Assembly: GCF_000743755.1 (NCBI RefSeq)
Contig: NW_014569456.1
Coordinates: 1-34,053 of the forward strand
Length of the DNA stretch: 34,053 nt
DNA from: Blastocystis sp. subtype 4
Taxonomy: Eukaryota
Direction of reading: 5' to 3'
The notes beneath the pieces were generated by a model. That model saw nothing but the letters and a program-made list of their open reading frames with translations, searched no databases and was not told where the DNA came from. The translations under genes were made by a program, and so were the position numbers. Of the stretch, positions 10,197 to 22,500 are shown piece after piece (the first letter of the stretch is position 1; every line of letters starts with the position of its first letter).

Positions 10197-11863
10197 TTAC
10201 AGTTCAACCTCCACTTCCGATTCTTGAGCCAATGTGTCAAAAATATCTTTAGGTGAAACACTCACTCGATTATCCTTAATGAACTGCATTAATGACTAGC
10301 TCTCAATTCCTCTTCCATCACCTACACCAAGATCAGCACGCTTCTCCAGTGTCTTTCCCATTCGCTTCGTCTCACCTGCAGGATACATAACGAACATTGG
10401 ATATGATTTCATTTCAATTCCAGGAATATCATTCTTGGATATATCAATTCTTGCTACATCAATATCAGGAACATCCACAAAATAGCCAGCGATCACATTT
10501 ACATCATCATGCAACTCATCACAAGCTTTGCAATTCTATTATTTAATCCTCTTTCATATCGTACTGAAACAACGTATTCCACTAATACATTCACCTTTTC
10601 ATTAAATACAAACTCAGCATAGTCTTTAGCTACCAGCACTTTCACATTTCCGTCACGCTCCTTATAAGGTTCCTCTGATTTGATAAAAGGTTTCAGTTCT
10701 CCTCTAAAGTATTGTTCAATGTACTCACGAATAGCAGCATCCTCAAATTCGCCACGGAAAGCATACTTTGAAACTTCACTCTCACCACTCTTGACCTACA
10801 CATCAAATCACCATCATATCCTCACCATACTCAATGTAGGCAGATTGGATGGATCCACACCGAAGAATTCCAACATATTCTGATTCTTTTCATAGATATT
10901 CACAACGAATAAACGACTCTCGTAATCAATGGCAATCTGCTCGAAGAGTGTCTTGATTTCGGGATTTTCAATTAAATACTTGCTAGAAGAGAATAAGAGA
11001 AGATGATCAAAGACCTCATTATCCTTCATGAACATCACTTTCATGTACTGACGCTCATAAGGAATAATCAGAGGAAGTGACTTAATTGATATCCATTTTT
11101 TCAATCCCTTCACAGTCATTTCTATGAATCACCCCACTCCAACAGACATACTATCATTATACACTTTCTTCTCTCCATTAGCATAGATGTATACAGTATT
11201 CATAGGAATTTCGACGTTGGCTTCTCCTACGACACATAGAGTAATGTACTCAGAGAAAGCACTTGCAGCCTTTTTATAGTTCTTAAACTCTTTAGAACTC
11301 TTCTTCTCAAAATGACCAACCAGAGTTGGAAAGCCACGAGCAACAGCATCTTCAATCTCCTTATCGCTTTTAACAAGGATCAGACCAGGTTCCAGTTTCT
11401 TCTCAATGAAAAAAGAAATGTCTCTGAAGTAAGCAGAATGGAAAATACTTACTTCTCCTTCAATTCACCATCATAGAAAGAAGGTGTTCCCTTCTTATAA
11501 TGATAAAAAATAGGAAATCCACTAATTCTGTAAATGCCTGCGATCTTGGGATTTGTTGCATGGTCAATCTGCAAGTGATGTACGTTTCCGAATCATACTT
11601 TACCCATAATTACATTCTTTCCCTTTTCCTTAAAGTCAGCAACAATCTTTTCAAGAGTAGTGACCAATTCTAACGAACGAGGAGCTCTCTACGAATTAAT
11701 ATTTGCAAATCACCAGTACTGAAGAGTAGAACTCGACAAACATATTTTCATTCTCCTTTGTCACCGTTTGAAAGTTGGAATCATCAAGAACCATGATACC
11801 ATTTTCCATTTTTGTTTCGCACAGAGTAAGCGCGAACAGGAGAGCGAGGAAACACAATTTCAT
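10197..11863 (-). CDS. Protein disulfide isomerase-like protein (a-b-b'-a') with atypical active sites (multi-exon)
   Basis: Signal peptide MKLCFLALLFALTLC; VLDDSNFQ...FVEFYS thioredoxin start; b' segment LEFFGVDPSNLPTL; x-linker LKPFIKSE; a' segment VKVLVAKDY...CKAC...SYPMF; C-terminal EVEL* resembling an ER-retention signal. Confidence 0.88.
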
Positions 11864-11971
11864 TTAGAAAGCACTCAAATAAGCAAGAATGAAGGTATTC
11901 TAGAAATGATGTGAAGAGTGATTTGCTAATAGTCATGGATTGCGGGAATTCAGTGTTATCATTAATAAGTG

Positions 11972-12732
11972 ATGGATCAATCTATACAATCAAAGGAAGA
12001 GAAGGAAAGAGAAAGGAGAAAGAAACGGAAAGAAAGACAAAAGTTAAGGAAGTAGGAGTTCATTTGTATTACTACCATAGAAAACAAAACATAAACGGGC
12101 TCCAAAAACACCAACCTATTGTATTTACTCAAAGTGAAGTGATCAAAGATGATTGTCAGTCATTCCCACAACCATGTGAGAATGATATTTCTAATGATTT
12201 TCCATTTTCAAAAAGAGCAGCGATATCCGTAATCCACCCTTCTGTAGCCTTCTTGATATTGTCGTTATATAGAATAAGCACTATGACAATGTTATTCAAG
12301 ATCATATCGCTTCATCCTTAAACTTATCGACTCGTAAAACCCTCCTTTCGTTCTTTGAGATGATTTTAAAGGAATATAGAGAATATGCAGATACTATTAG
12401 CGACAAAGACCAAGTAGAGGATGTGAGACGAAGATGTATATCAATCGAACAAAATTTGTCTCACCTGAAACATTTGAAGGCTTTTCCAGAGAATGTGGTT
12501 CAAGGTTTGATGTCTATTCGTGCCTCTCTTCTCAGAGGAGATTATGTGGTTGCAGAAGAACAATATCTAAACTTGGATGTTGGAAACATGGTCCCAGAGA
12601 ATCATAACTACTGGGAATTAAAGATGGATATCCGTGATCTTGCTGATACTCTTGTAGTAAGTTCTGATTCACGAAATAATTGATAGAATATAAAGCGCCT
12701 GATGACATTTTATAAGAATGTGATGGCTCCCT
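11972..12732 (+). CDS. Divergent Prp18-domain splicing factor-like protein; stop predicted to be made by polyadenylation (4 exons)
   Basis: LKHLKAFPENVVQGLMSI...RGDYVVAEEQYLNLDVGN...NIKRLMT follows the Prp18 helical pattern (R-x-Y-x-x-A-x-x-x-Y-L-x-x-x-x-GN...KRLMT). Last intron 12657-12686. Ends CCC T|attc TGTTTGTG. Confidence 0.68.
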
Positions 12733-12779
12733 ATTCTGTTTGTGAATCAACAATTAAAAACAACAATAAACGACCCCAT

Positions 12780-15580
12780 TCACTTTCTGCGCTTTCCATT
12801 AAATCCCTTCTTTCCTCCATTTCCACGACCTCGTTTATGAGATCGCTTCTTGAAGGTCTCTTCTCGCTCCTTACGAGCTTGAGCCGTCTCTTCCAGCATA
12901 GCTTCAAACTCTTCAGCAGAAGCATAAAGAGATTTCATTTTCTTCTTGTGATCTTGTGTCTTCTTTCGCGATCCGTTATCTCCTTCATCCACAATCATAC
13001 GACCATCCTCCTCTTCTTCTTCTTCATCATCTTCCATATCATCTTCCACTTCTTCTCCCTCATCTAAGAAACGACCATTCTCTTCCTCCTCAAACTGATC
13101 TGCCAAATCACCAAAATCATCATCAATATCTTCATCTTCGCTACCCACACGACCTTTCATAATATCTTCAGCCATACTTTCAGCAAACGCATCCATTGCA
13201 GCCTCATCATCTGAACTCTCTTCATTCTTCTTCTTCTTTCCTTCACCTCTACGTGCTCGTTCTTTAAAGAATTTATAGAAGAAGCGATCTTCAACTGCAA
13301 TGTCCTCTTCCTTCTGCTGTAAGAAGGCCTCACTGTTCACAGGCTCCGTTCGCAGAGAACCTCGCTTCTTCGGCTGTAGAACGGTTGATCCCCGGTTTCT
13401 AGCATTCTCTATATCCTTCTTCTTTGCGTGCCGGTAAGCAAACTTATCAAGGAATGTCTTGTTGCTGAAGTCAGTCAGAGGATCTCCATCACAGATGATG
13501 GCACCACCCTGAAGAAGAATCTGAGCATACTTCACAACTGTTGGATGATAATGGTGTTCAAGGAGAGATAACTCAAAGAATAGCGTATCTTCAGCATGAC
13601 TAAAAGCTGGATCTCGTGCATAAAGACTGTAGTGAACTGGAGGAAGCGAAGAAGTGGATTCGGGTGTTGGCTTTGGCTCAGGCTCAGGCTCAGGTTCAGG
13701 TTCAGACTGTTCTTCTTCCTGTTCCTTGTTCTGTTCGTGATCACTGAAAAATGATTCATCCAAATCTTTCACATCATCACTCTCATCCATCTCCTTCTCT
13801 TCTTCCTTCTCTTCTTCCTTCTCTTCTTCCTTCTCTTCTTCCTTCTCTTCTTCCTTCTCTTCTTCCTTCTCGCTCTCTTCCTTCTCTTCCTCATCCCTCT
13901 CTTCCTTCTCTTGCTTGCTTTCAATTTCTTCTTTCACCTCTTCAGGGCACAGATTATCAAATGAATGATTAGCAAGCATAGAATGTAAACGAGGACCCAA
14001 GGCTAAATCCTCTCTCTCTCGCATTACTGTTGATACCATGAACAACAAACCACAAGCCATAGCTGCAGGCATCATCAAAGCACATTGTAACACACGCTTT
14101 AACAAGCCCATAGCTGTAGCTCTGTCAGTACAATGCTTAAGTGCACGATATAACAGATTCAAGAATAAGGAATTCTTTGTTGAGTGTAGGAATTCAGGTG
14201 AAAGGATTTGAGTATACAAAGCACGATAGAATCGAGGTGCGTAAGAAGCTAGAGTTTATACAATCTCACAATGATACGATGATTTGATACAATAGTGAAT
14301 AACAACAGCATGGCTTGAACTGAGCAGGCCCAATGATGACAATGCACGATATAATAAAGTGTATCTAACTGCTTGTTAATTAAGACTTCAGGAGCTAATC
14401 ATTCAATCCAATCAATTAATCATACTGTTACCATATGGCATAGCTCGATTGATTCCAGTAAGAATAGCAGCCAAAAGCTTGAGACGAGTCTCATTTGCAT
14501 CTTCCTCCACATTGGCTTTGGATGGCTTACGGTGTTTTCGTTGCTTCTTCTGTTTCTTCTGTTTCTGATCTGCTTCTAATGTTAACGTAGCATACTTCCG
14601 GAATAAGGAGAAATAGAAAGTAATCAGATCCACAGCAAAATCATTATCTTCTGGAGAAAATTCCAGTTGGTTCAGGAAACAGGTGCCATAATACACTGCT
14701 TTGATTGTAACATCCGAACGAATCAACAATTGACGTACTTCTTTCGATACCACCATTCGCATGTAAGGATTCTCACGAACAAGTTTCAATAACAAATACA
14801 CAGCATGCGAACTAATCTATGCATTATTCTAATTATTAGTCTAAACTGTAGTGTCTGGATCTCCAATTTTCTCTACAAGCATAATCAGCAAAGCCTGCTC
14901 TTGTTCAGGCTTGCTTTCGAGAAGCTGGAAGATTGAGGTGATGGCAATCTTCTTAAAGAAGGCTTGATTATCAAAACTGTATTTCTTGAGTAATTCGATA
15001 AACTATATGTCATTCCGATAATAAGAGCTCACCTCAGCATACTTTTGCTTCAGAAGATGCTCAAAGTAGAAAAGAATAATTGTCTTGTCATCAACTCCCT
15101 CAGCTTCTAATGGTTGCTGACTGATATATCGCAAAGGACGATCAGGAAGCAAGAAATATGTAAACAGTTCACGCAATGATTGAATCGACAGCTGAGCTTC
15201 ACGCTTTCCTTTCTTGTTCGCCATAGCCAAAAGAGATTCGATCATATCCATATTATGAACAGGATCATTCTGCACAAGTGATGCCATTGCTCCCATTTTA
15301 TCGGTGAGAGTACCAGAATTGAGCATCTTGCGTAACCACTTGGCATCACCAATATCGCTCTCTCTACGAAATAAATATTGCTATTCGCTTCTACCGTTGA
15401 AGTTGTCTCGCTTTCTCAGATTCTTGTTCTAGCAGCTCCTTTCCCTAAGAATAACGCCAACCATAGAGATTTCACTCGTTTTCTGCACTTGAAAATCGAT
15501 TCCTCCTTGTTTGTATACGTGTCCTCAGTATACTTCTCCAAGGGAACGAACCATTTTTCATCACTGAACTGAAACGTCAT
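12780..15580 (-). CDS. NOC1: Ribosome biogenesis factor NOC1/Mak21/CEBPZ (CBF domain), multi-exon
   Basis: SGTLTDKMGA, YYGTCFLNQL, LAAILTGINRAMPY, RFYRALYTQIL, LFLNLLYR, HYHPTVVKYA, DPLTDFS...FLDKFAYR, FFYKFF, LYASAEEF; acidic linker and basic tail. Confidence 0.93.
13795..13872 (+). repeat. 12-bp tandem repeat (TTCTCTTCTTCC)n encoding (EKEE)n in the NOC1 acidic linker; an (EP)n run lies at about 13676-13705
   Basis: About six near-perfect copies directly visible in the sequence. Confidence 0.9.
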
Positions 15581-15724
15581 CGTGATTCTCTCTACATGAA
15601 ATTACAACTCTGAAAAGTAAAGGTACTGATTTATCGGGAATCCAAAGAGGTTCAATGTCGTTTTGAGGTTATTCCCAACCTTGACCGTTTCAGCACCAAA
15701 ATCGAGACTATTTGTGGACTCACA

Positions 15725-15732
15725 AACAAACA
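15725..15732 (-). terminator. TGTTTGTT polyadenylation element of the beta-hydroxyacid dehydrogenase gene
   Basis: Exact motif 4 nt after the in-frame T at 15737. Confidence 0.85.
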
Positions 15733-15736
15733 CTTA

Positions 15737-16907
15737 AATCCTTCTTCTGCACAGAAATACCCTTGTCCATTCCATTCATACTCTCCAAAGCGAGCATTAG
15801 AGCCTGAGTACCCAGCTTTCCATTACCCTGAGCTTTCACGGACATGTAGAGTTGATTGGCGAGTGCAAGTCCAGGAAGCGACAAATTCATTCTCTTAGCC
15901 TCTTCCAAAGCAATTCCCATATCCTTGATGAAGTGATCCACAAAGAAACCAGGATTGAAGTCTCTCTTCAGCATACGAGGTCCCAGATTGTTAATACTCC
16001 AGGATCCAGCAGCGCCAGCACCCACAGCAGCGATCACCTCATCCAGATTCAGACCTGCCTTGTATCCATAGAGTAATCCCTCACACACTCCAATCTACTT
16101 CACAATCCTCTAATATGAATACCATCATTGTAGAAATCAGAATCTGATTCACCATCTTAGTGTGCTGACCACATCCAGGTCCTCCCATATACTTGATATT
16201 GGTTCCCATGCACTAAGGATCACTTTCAAGCTCAGACTCTACACCAAATAAGGGAAGCATATCATCATATGTTGTCTTGTCTCCTCCTACCATAATCGAA
16301 AGCTTTCCAGTACGAGCGCCAACGTCACCTCCAGAAACTAGATATCATTTATACTCGCTATAAACTACCTGGAGCATCAAGAGTAGTGCATCCCTGCTCC
16401 TTAGCAGCAGCATACAATTCCTGAGCAAGAGAAGGCTGACTTGTTGTCATATCCACGTAGATTCCTCCTTTCTATCGATTACACAACAAATATGTATATG
16501 CCTTCAGTCCCTTCAGAAGTCCCTTCTCCCCAAGGGCAATTTGTCTCACATCAGCAGGATAGCTATGGTCAACAATAAAAAGCAAAGTATACCCAACAAT
16601 ACTGAAAACGACATCAGAATTCTGAGCAACTTCCAAAGGACTTGAAACCAGCTTAGCTCCCTTAGCAACGAGTCCGTTGCACTTGCTAGGAGTACGGTTA
16701 AACTAAAAGATAAACGAGGAATAAAAGCGGCTCCTACCACGGTGCATTGATAACCAGCATCAATAAGATGTTGACACATGGATCCTCCCATCACACCAGT
16801 ACCAATCCATCCCACACGAGTGGTCTTAGGGCCCAGCGTAGCAACTAATCAATTATTCAGTGAGATCGTGAGATACAAAATCTTCTTAAGACAATGGAGC
16901 TGTTCAT
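15737..16907 (-). CDS. Beta-hydroxyacid dehydrogenase (3-hydroxyisobutyrate dehydrogenase / tartronate semialdehyde reductase family), probably targeted to the mitochondrion-related organelle; polyA-made stop
   Basis: Presequence [65 protein letters not shown]. Ends AAG GAT T|taag TGTTTGTT; the genomic frame otherwise continues to 15720. Confidence 0.93.
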
Positions 16908-16944
16908 AGAATTGAGTATCAAACGATTTGGTCAAACGTGGAAT

Positions 16945-16956
16945 TGGGATCCCCAT
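16945..16956. promoter_or_regulatory. Candidate promoter palindrome TGGGATCCCCAT (copy 1)
   Basis: 38 nt upstream of the ATG at 16907; identical 12-mer at 19436-19447. Confidence 0.5.
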
Positions 16957-16987
16957 GTTTGAATCCCCGTCATTCCTTGGTAAGTGA

Positions 16988-16995
16988 AACAAACA
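16988..16995 (-). terminator. TGTTTGTT polyadenylation element of the ASCC2-like gene
   Basis: Exact motif 4 nt after the in-frame T at 17000. Confidence 0.85.
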
Positions 16996-16999
16996 ATCG

Positions 17000-19401
17000 A
17001 TATCAACCCATGTTTCTTGTCGAATCGTTCCTTACGATGGTGGTTCAATTTATTCCTTTCAATGTTTTTGCGATAAGGATTGTCCGATTTGCTTTTGATT
17101 GGCTTTGAATTCTTGGTATCTTGAGGAGCAGATTGGATCTCCTTAGAATTCGATTTGTTATCCTTAAGACTAGGCTTATTTTCCTTAGGAGCAGATTTGA
17201 TATCCTTTGAAGCTGGCTTCGATTCCTTATTCTTAGGTTTGGAAACATTTTTATCCTTGCCTGAACCATTCCCATTATTCTTTCCCTTTGCTCCACCCTT
17301 CTTCCCAACAGAATTCTCAACAACTGGAACCACGATCTCCTTGACACCACTCTCTTCATCTTTCTCACTCTCATCAATATCACGATTCACATTCCGAATA
17401 CTATCAAAGAATTCTTGGTCTGCATCCTCATCCTCATACATATTCCTGTAATAGTCAGATAAGATTCGTTTCCTCATTTCAGGAGTTACATTTGACATCA
17501 TCTCATCATTCTCTTCTGCTTCCTTTTCATCTAATTTCTTCAACTAATCATTATCCTTCCAATCAGCATTAACTTTCTCTAATTCTCTTGGACTAAACAG
17601 ACTCTCCAATACTCTTGCTTTATCAGCTTCAGAATCACCTCCAGATGAATTCTATCTCTCAAATCCATTTCATTCCATACATATAACTCCTTCAGTGTTC
17701 GAGCATGCTTGTTCAGATAGGCAAGATCACGGGGAAGATCATTATTTAACAGAAGTTCCACTACATTCTGTAAGGATGATTCGTTTCCATCTTGTAAGTG
17801 ATAATATTGACAGAGAGTTTCTATGAAAGCACGACCATAATCAGGGAACATGGAAGAGAGCTAATAGTTACTCTCAAGCATTGATCCTACCACATCCAAA
17901 GCAAATTGACGTTGTGACATGGGTTTATGTTGAGCTTTGGCTCGTTCTCTACGAATGGATAACTTATTCAGAGTCTCCTCGAAGTTTGTCTCGAGTTTTG
18001 GCTATCCCTTAATGTCATTCCTCTCACATACTGATAAAGTCTCCATGAAATAAGCACGCTGAACATCATCCCAGAGGAGACATTGAGAAAGACGCTGGGG
18101 TACAAATTCATGAAGATAAGCTGCATCAAGAGAATCCTTCTCATTCATATGATCACGAAGATATGTGAAGAAGAGAGATTGCTGATTATCCACATCATTG
18201 GAATAAGCAGGATTTGTTGGCTGGAGAGAAGGATCAGCATAACAGAATAAGCATTTCTCACAGAGTACATTGAAAAGAGAAAGAATTTCTGTGTTTCAAT
18301 CTATAATGACTTTCTTACGCTTCTGAACATCTGGTGATGATGATACAATCGAATAAGCAACAGTCAGAAGTGTTTTCACTGTGGATGGGAACAGAAGATC
18401 GTGAGCATCTGTCACCAGTGTATAGACAGTCTACGAATTACACTCTAACACACACTGCAACCCAAGGTGCTATCTGAAGCAAGAGAGATAGATTCCACAC
18501 AATATCACTAATGAAGGTCACATACTCTTCAGCTTGTTGCTTGTCTTTCAAACCAGTCTTAGTCACATCCATTAGACTCTTCTCTGTTTCTTCCAACTTA
18601 TCACACGTCTGTTTCATGAATCCAATCACTTCATCGCGGAACTTGGAATAACCTTCAGCTGTTTTATCCAGCATATGTCCAAGAATACCGCGATTATGAA
18701 CACCAAACAGAGAACACAAATCAACAAAGACTTCTACACTCAAGATCGATTTGTTGAAGAGAACATCCATCAAAGAGGAACCTAAGCCACCAAATGGAGG
18801 GACTGTTTTCGAAAAATCAACAGGACCTGTCTCATCCACAATCAAGCGGTAATATACTCGTAAGATACTATTGTAGATCGGTGCAATGAATTTAGTTGGA
18901 CCTATTTATGAAACTAGTAGAAAAAACAAACGAGGTGTTTCAAATACACGAGGAGCATAAAGAAAGAATGTAGAAAGTGCCTTTCCAAGATTGTCATCAT
19001 AAAGGATATGACTCAAGAAGTGATTGAAAGGCATTCGCAACAGCAAATGCAAGTCACGATTTAAGTATTTCACAAAACTAGTCTCTTCTGTTAAAAAGAA
19101 ATCCTCGGGAACAATAGCACCGAACAGAACCCCATGTTGTTGATTGAACGACACTACACCATTTCCAAAAAGAAGAGGACTAATAGAGAATTCAAGATTG
19201 ACAGAGACAAGCGAACTAGGTGTTGAAGACGACTATCTCCTAAGTATATCCAACCATACATACAGGCATTGAGTGCATATACTCACAATCGTCCCCATAA
19301 CGACAGTTACCCTGCATCCAAAAGCGACAAGGAATGGGCTTCTTCTTTTTTGGAATCTATTAAGGAATTGTAGTGAGAACGATCCTTACCTCTGTGCTCA
19401 T
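17000..19401 (-). CDS. ASCC2: ASCC2/Cue3-like CUE-domain protein with N-terminal CCCH zinc finger; polyA-made stop (multi-exon)
   Basis: LLRMPFNHFLSHILYD...LSTFFLYAPR, DLCSLFGVHN, CUE-like LSSMFPDYGRAFIETLCQYY...VVELLL, MYEDEDAD, C-terminal NHHRKERFDKKHGLI. N-terminal CRFWMQGNCRYGDDCEYMH. Confidence 0.8.
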
Positions 19402-19435
19402 TGTATCGGTCAGAATTGGACAAAAACTGGGAATG

Positions 19436-19447
19436 TGGGATCCCCAT
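19436..19447. promoter_or_regulatory. Candidate promoter palindrome TGGGATCCCCAT (copy 2) in the ASCC2/DHX34 divergent gap
   Basis: 35 nt upstream of the ATG at 19401, within the near-perfect palindrome GAATGTGGGATCCCCATTC (19431-19449). Confidence 0.5.
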
Positions 19448-19515
19448 TCTTGGTATTACACATCACTTGTGGCAACTGGAGAAGTGAGTATTGAATTTGA
19501 CTGCAAGCAACTGTC

Positions 19516-22500
19516 ATGATTGATGAGGACTATTTTTGGCAGTTGTGGGATGATCATAAAGACAAGCTATGTAAACTATCCGGTTGTTTTCATGTCAATC
19601 GAAAGTTCAAGTATTCTTCAAACACATGTGAAAATCAGTTTGAGGGTTTGCTTTGTTTGAAGTGAATGATACATAGATTTCCTTAAAAAGTTCATTCCAG
19701 GTTATTTAAAGATGGGTGGAAGCAAAGTATCATATTAGTAACAAATACAAGTATAGATTAAGAGTCGTATCGAATCCTTCAATTTTTCGCTTCCTGTTGT
19801 TGATTCACTGACTCCAGAAGATACTGGGTTGTGTTTTGAGTTTCTAGAGGGATTTCGCCTTGGGTTGTATATGTTCCTCAATTATAAAACTGCGCAGCAG
19901 ACAAATGCTATCTACCAAGTATTATTACAAATACACTTTCACATAGATGAATCAAGACAAGCGAAATCTCCCTATATTCAAGGAAAAAGATACCATTATT
20001 GAGTCTGTCAGGAAGAATACTGTAACAATCATCATTGGAGATACGGGCTGTGGGAAAAGCACCCAAGTACCTCAATACTTGATTGCTTCAGGCTGGGAAC
20101 ACATTGTATGCACACAACCACGTCGCTTATCAACAATTTCTCTCAGTGAACGTGTAGCAAAGGAAATGTACTGTGAGGAAACAGGAGATGTATGTTAGGT
20201 CTGTGTAGTTCAAAGATAGATTGGATATCAAATCCGATTTGAGAGTAGTGGACATGGTCGGAAGCTGAAGTTTGTGACAGAGGGAGTGTTGATTAAGCAA
20301 TTACTGTCAGATCCTTTGTAAGCATTTCATTCTTCTTTCATTGAAGATTACGGCAATATTCCTTAGTTATTATGGATGAAGTTCATGAACGTCATATTGC
20401 CACAGATATGCTATTAGGCATGCTAAAACTGATTGCCGAAAAACGATCCGATTTCCGACTTGTTATCATGTCAGCCACTATGGATCCAGACTTATTCATT
20501 GAGTTTTTCAAGAAACCTCTTCAATCAAATCCAGAGTCTCTTCTTTCAATCCAAGTGTTGACGGTTCCAGGTCGGACTTATCCTGTAACCAGTCAGGCTT
20601 TGTTGTATCTCTCATAGGTAGTTCATTATTGTCCTGTGGATCTTGAGCAAGGTTCTGCACGACACCGTGGACCTAAAGCAGAACGAGAGAGTGTGATTCG
20701 AACCGATCAGGACCTGGATCCAACTCCATATTTGCGGATCCTACGAGAGATTGATAGTCAGATGGGTATGGGAAGGAGATAGGACTGATCATGAGATGTG
20801 AATGAACGAGGAGATGTTTTGGTCTTTCTCAGTGGTCTTCGTGAAATCAATATTCTAGTGAATGCGTTGACAACAGTAGTTTGTATGATTCTTTTCTTAT
20901 GTAGTTTGCTTCCTCTTCAGGACGTTGGGTAATTCTCCGTCTTCATAGTACACTTCAATCCAGTGAACAACAACTGATTTTCAATCCTACACCTCCTGTA
21001 TGGTTTCATTCACATCATTAGTTATAGGGAGTCAGAAAGTGTATTCTCAGTACCAATATTGCTGAGACGTCAATTACTATCCCGAACGTACGATATGTGA
21101 TTGATTCAGGGAAGAGTAAGGAACTCTCTGAACCTACCCTTAGCGGTGCAACGACAGTTCAATTACACGAATATTACATCTCAAGATCATCAGCACGACA
21201 ACGAGCTGGTCGAGCAGGTCGTACAGGTCCTGGAGTGTGTTATCGGTTATATAGTGAAGATGATTATTATGAGATGAGTGAATACACAGTACCTGAGATT
21301 CTTCGAGGATCAATTGATGATAGCTTGTTAGTTTTCTATCTGTTTCAGTCCATGGAGATCATTCCATCCACTCTTATAACATTCCAACAGTTCCCTTTAC
21401 TTCAGTATCCATCAGATCAAACGATCCATCTAGCAGTGAAGAGATTACAGTATTATGGAGCTATCACAAGTGCATCCACACCTCTTATCACTTCTCTTGG
21501 TGTTCTTCTCTCTTATCTTCCTCTTCCAATCCAACAAGGTTACTTCCTTGTTCTCTCTGCTTTCTTAAATCAGCCTTATTTAGGTGTTCTTCTCTGTTCA
21601 ACTCTTTCGTTTCAAGTATGTCATTCTAGTAATGTCCAAAAATAGTCCCTATTTCTTAACCGTCAAGCTCAGTCATCAATCGAAGTCAACAATCGTCATA
21701 AATATGCTAATCGATATGGTGATATTCTCAGTAATCTCACCATTCTCATTGATTATGTTTACGCACGACGTCGGAGTGATTCAACTTATAAGTGGTGCAA
21801 GAATCGAATGCTCTCTCAAGCCAATCTCAACAACTGTTTGAATATCGTCACTCAGTTACTCTCTCTCCTGGATGCGAATCATCTCATCACACAGGTCTCG
21901 ACTCGACTCATCTCGCGAGAGACTCATGAGGAGAGACGCATGCATGATGCAATGAGACGAGATGCGCTGAAACGACGTAAGGTGGAGGTTCTGGATATCA
22001 GTCACAATGATCGTGTACAACGTGAAGCTGACTTCACTTCATCCATTGAAACCACACCAGCTGCTGAAGGAGGTGACATGGAGGAGGTTGATTCGGAAGG
22101 AGATGAAACGATGTATCTGGAAGCAATGAATGGAGCAAACAAGAAGATGGATATTCGATCGTTTGCGAAGCTTCTGGAAACTGCTTGTGGCAAATCTCTC
22201 ACTTCGATTCTTAGTAAAGATATAGAGCTGTTTTTTGGATTCCTGATTTCGAGTATATTTTATCCCAATTATGCTATTAGCAGCAAATCGTATCATTCAT
22301 TCATTCTTCTCATTCATAGTAATGCAATTCGAGGTAGTAATGAATGGACATTTCTCAGTAAACCACATGATGGCAGTCAATCCGTTGACCTCTATCTGTA
22401 TCCAACTAGGTAATTATAATCAACCCTATTTATGGAATAGTGGAATTACCTACTATTATTCAACATATCCAGATGAGGTTCTTATGTTATCATGAAATGA

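Noticed and set aside
12702..13067. 121-aa ORF antisense to the NOC1 3' end
   Set aside because: Only its first 10 codons belong to the Prp18-like last exon; the rest lies beyond the predicted poly(A) site and mirrors low-complexity NOC1 sequence.
13751..13972. Plus-strand ORF with (PSLL)n repeats
   Set aside because: Antisense shadow of the NOC1 (EKEE)n repeat.
16561..16592. Possible U12-type introns (GTATACTTT donor here; GTATCTTCT at about 32638)
   Set aside because: Imperfect match to RTATCCTT and no convincing TCCTTRAC branch site; cannot be supported by eye.
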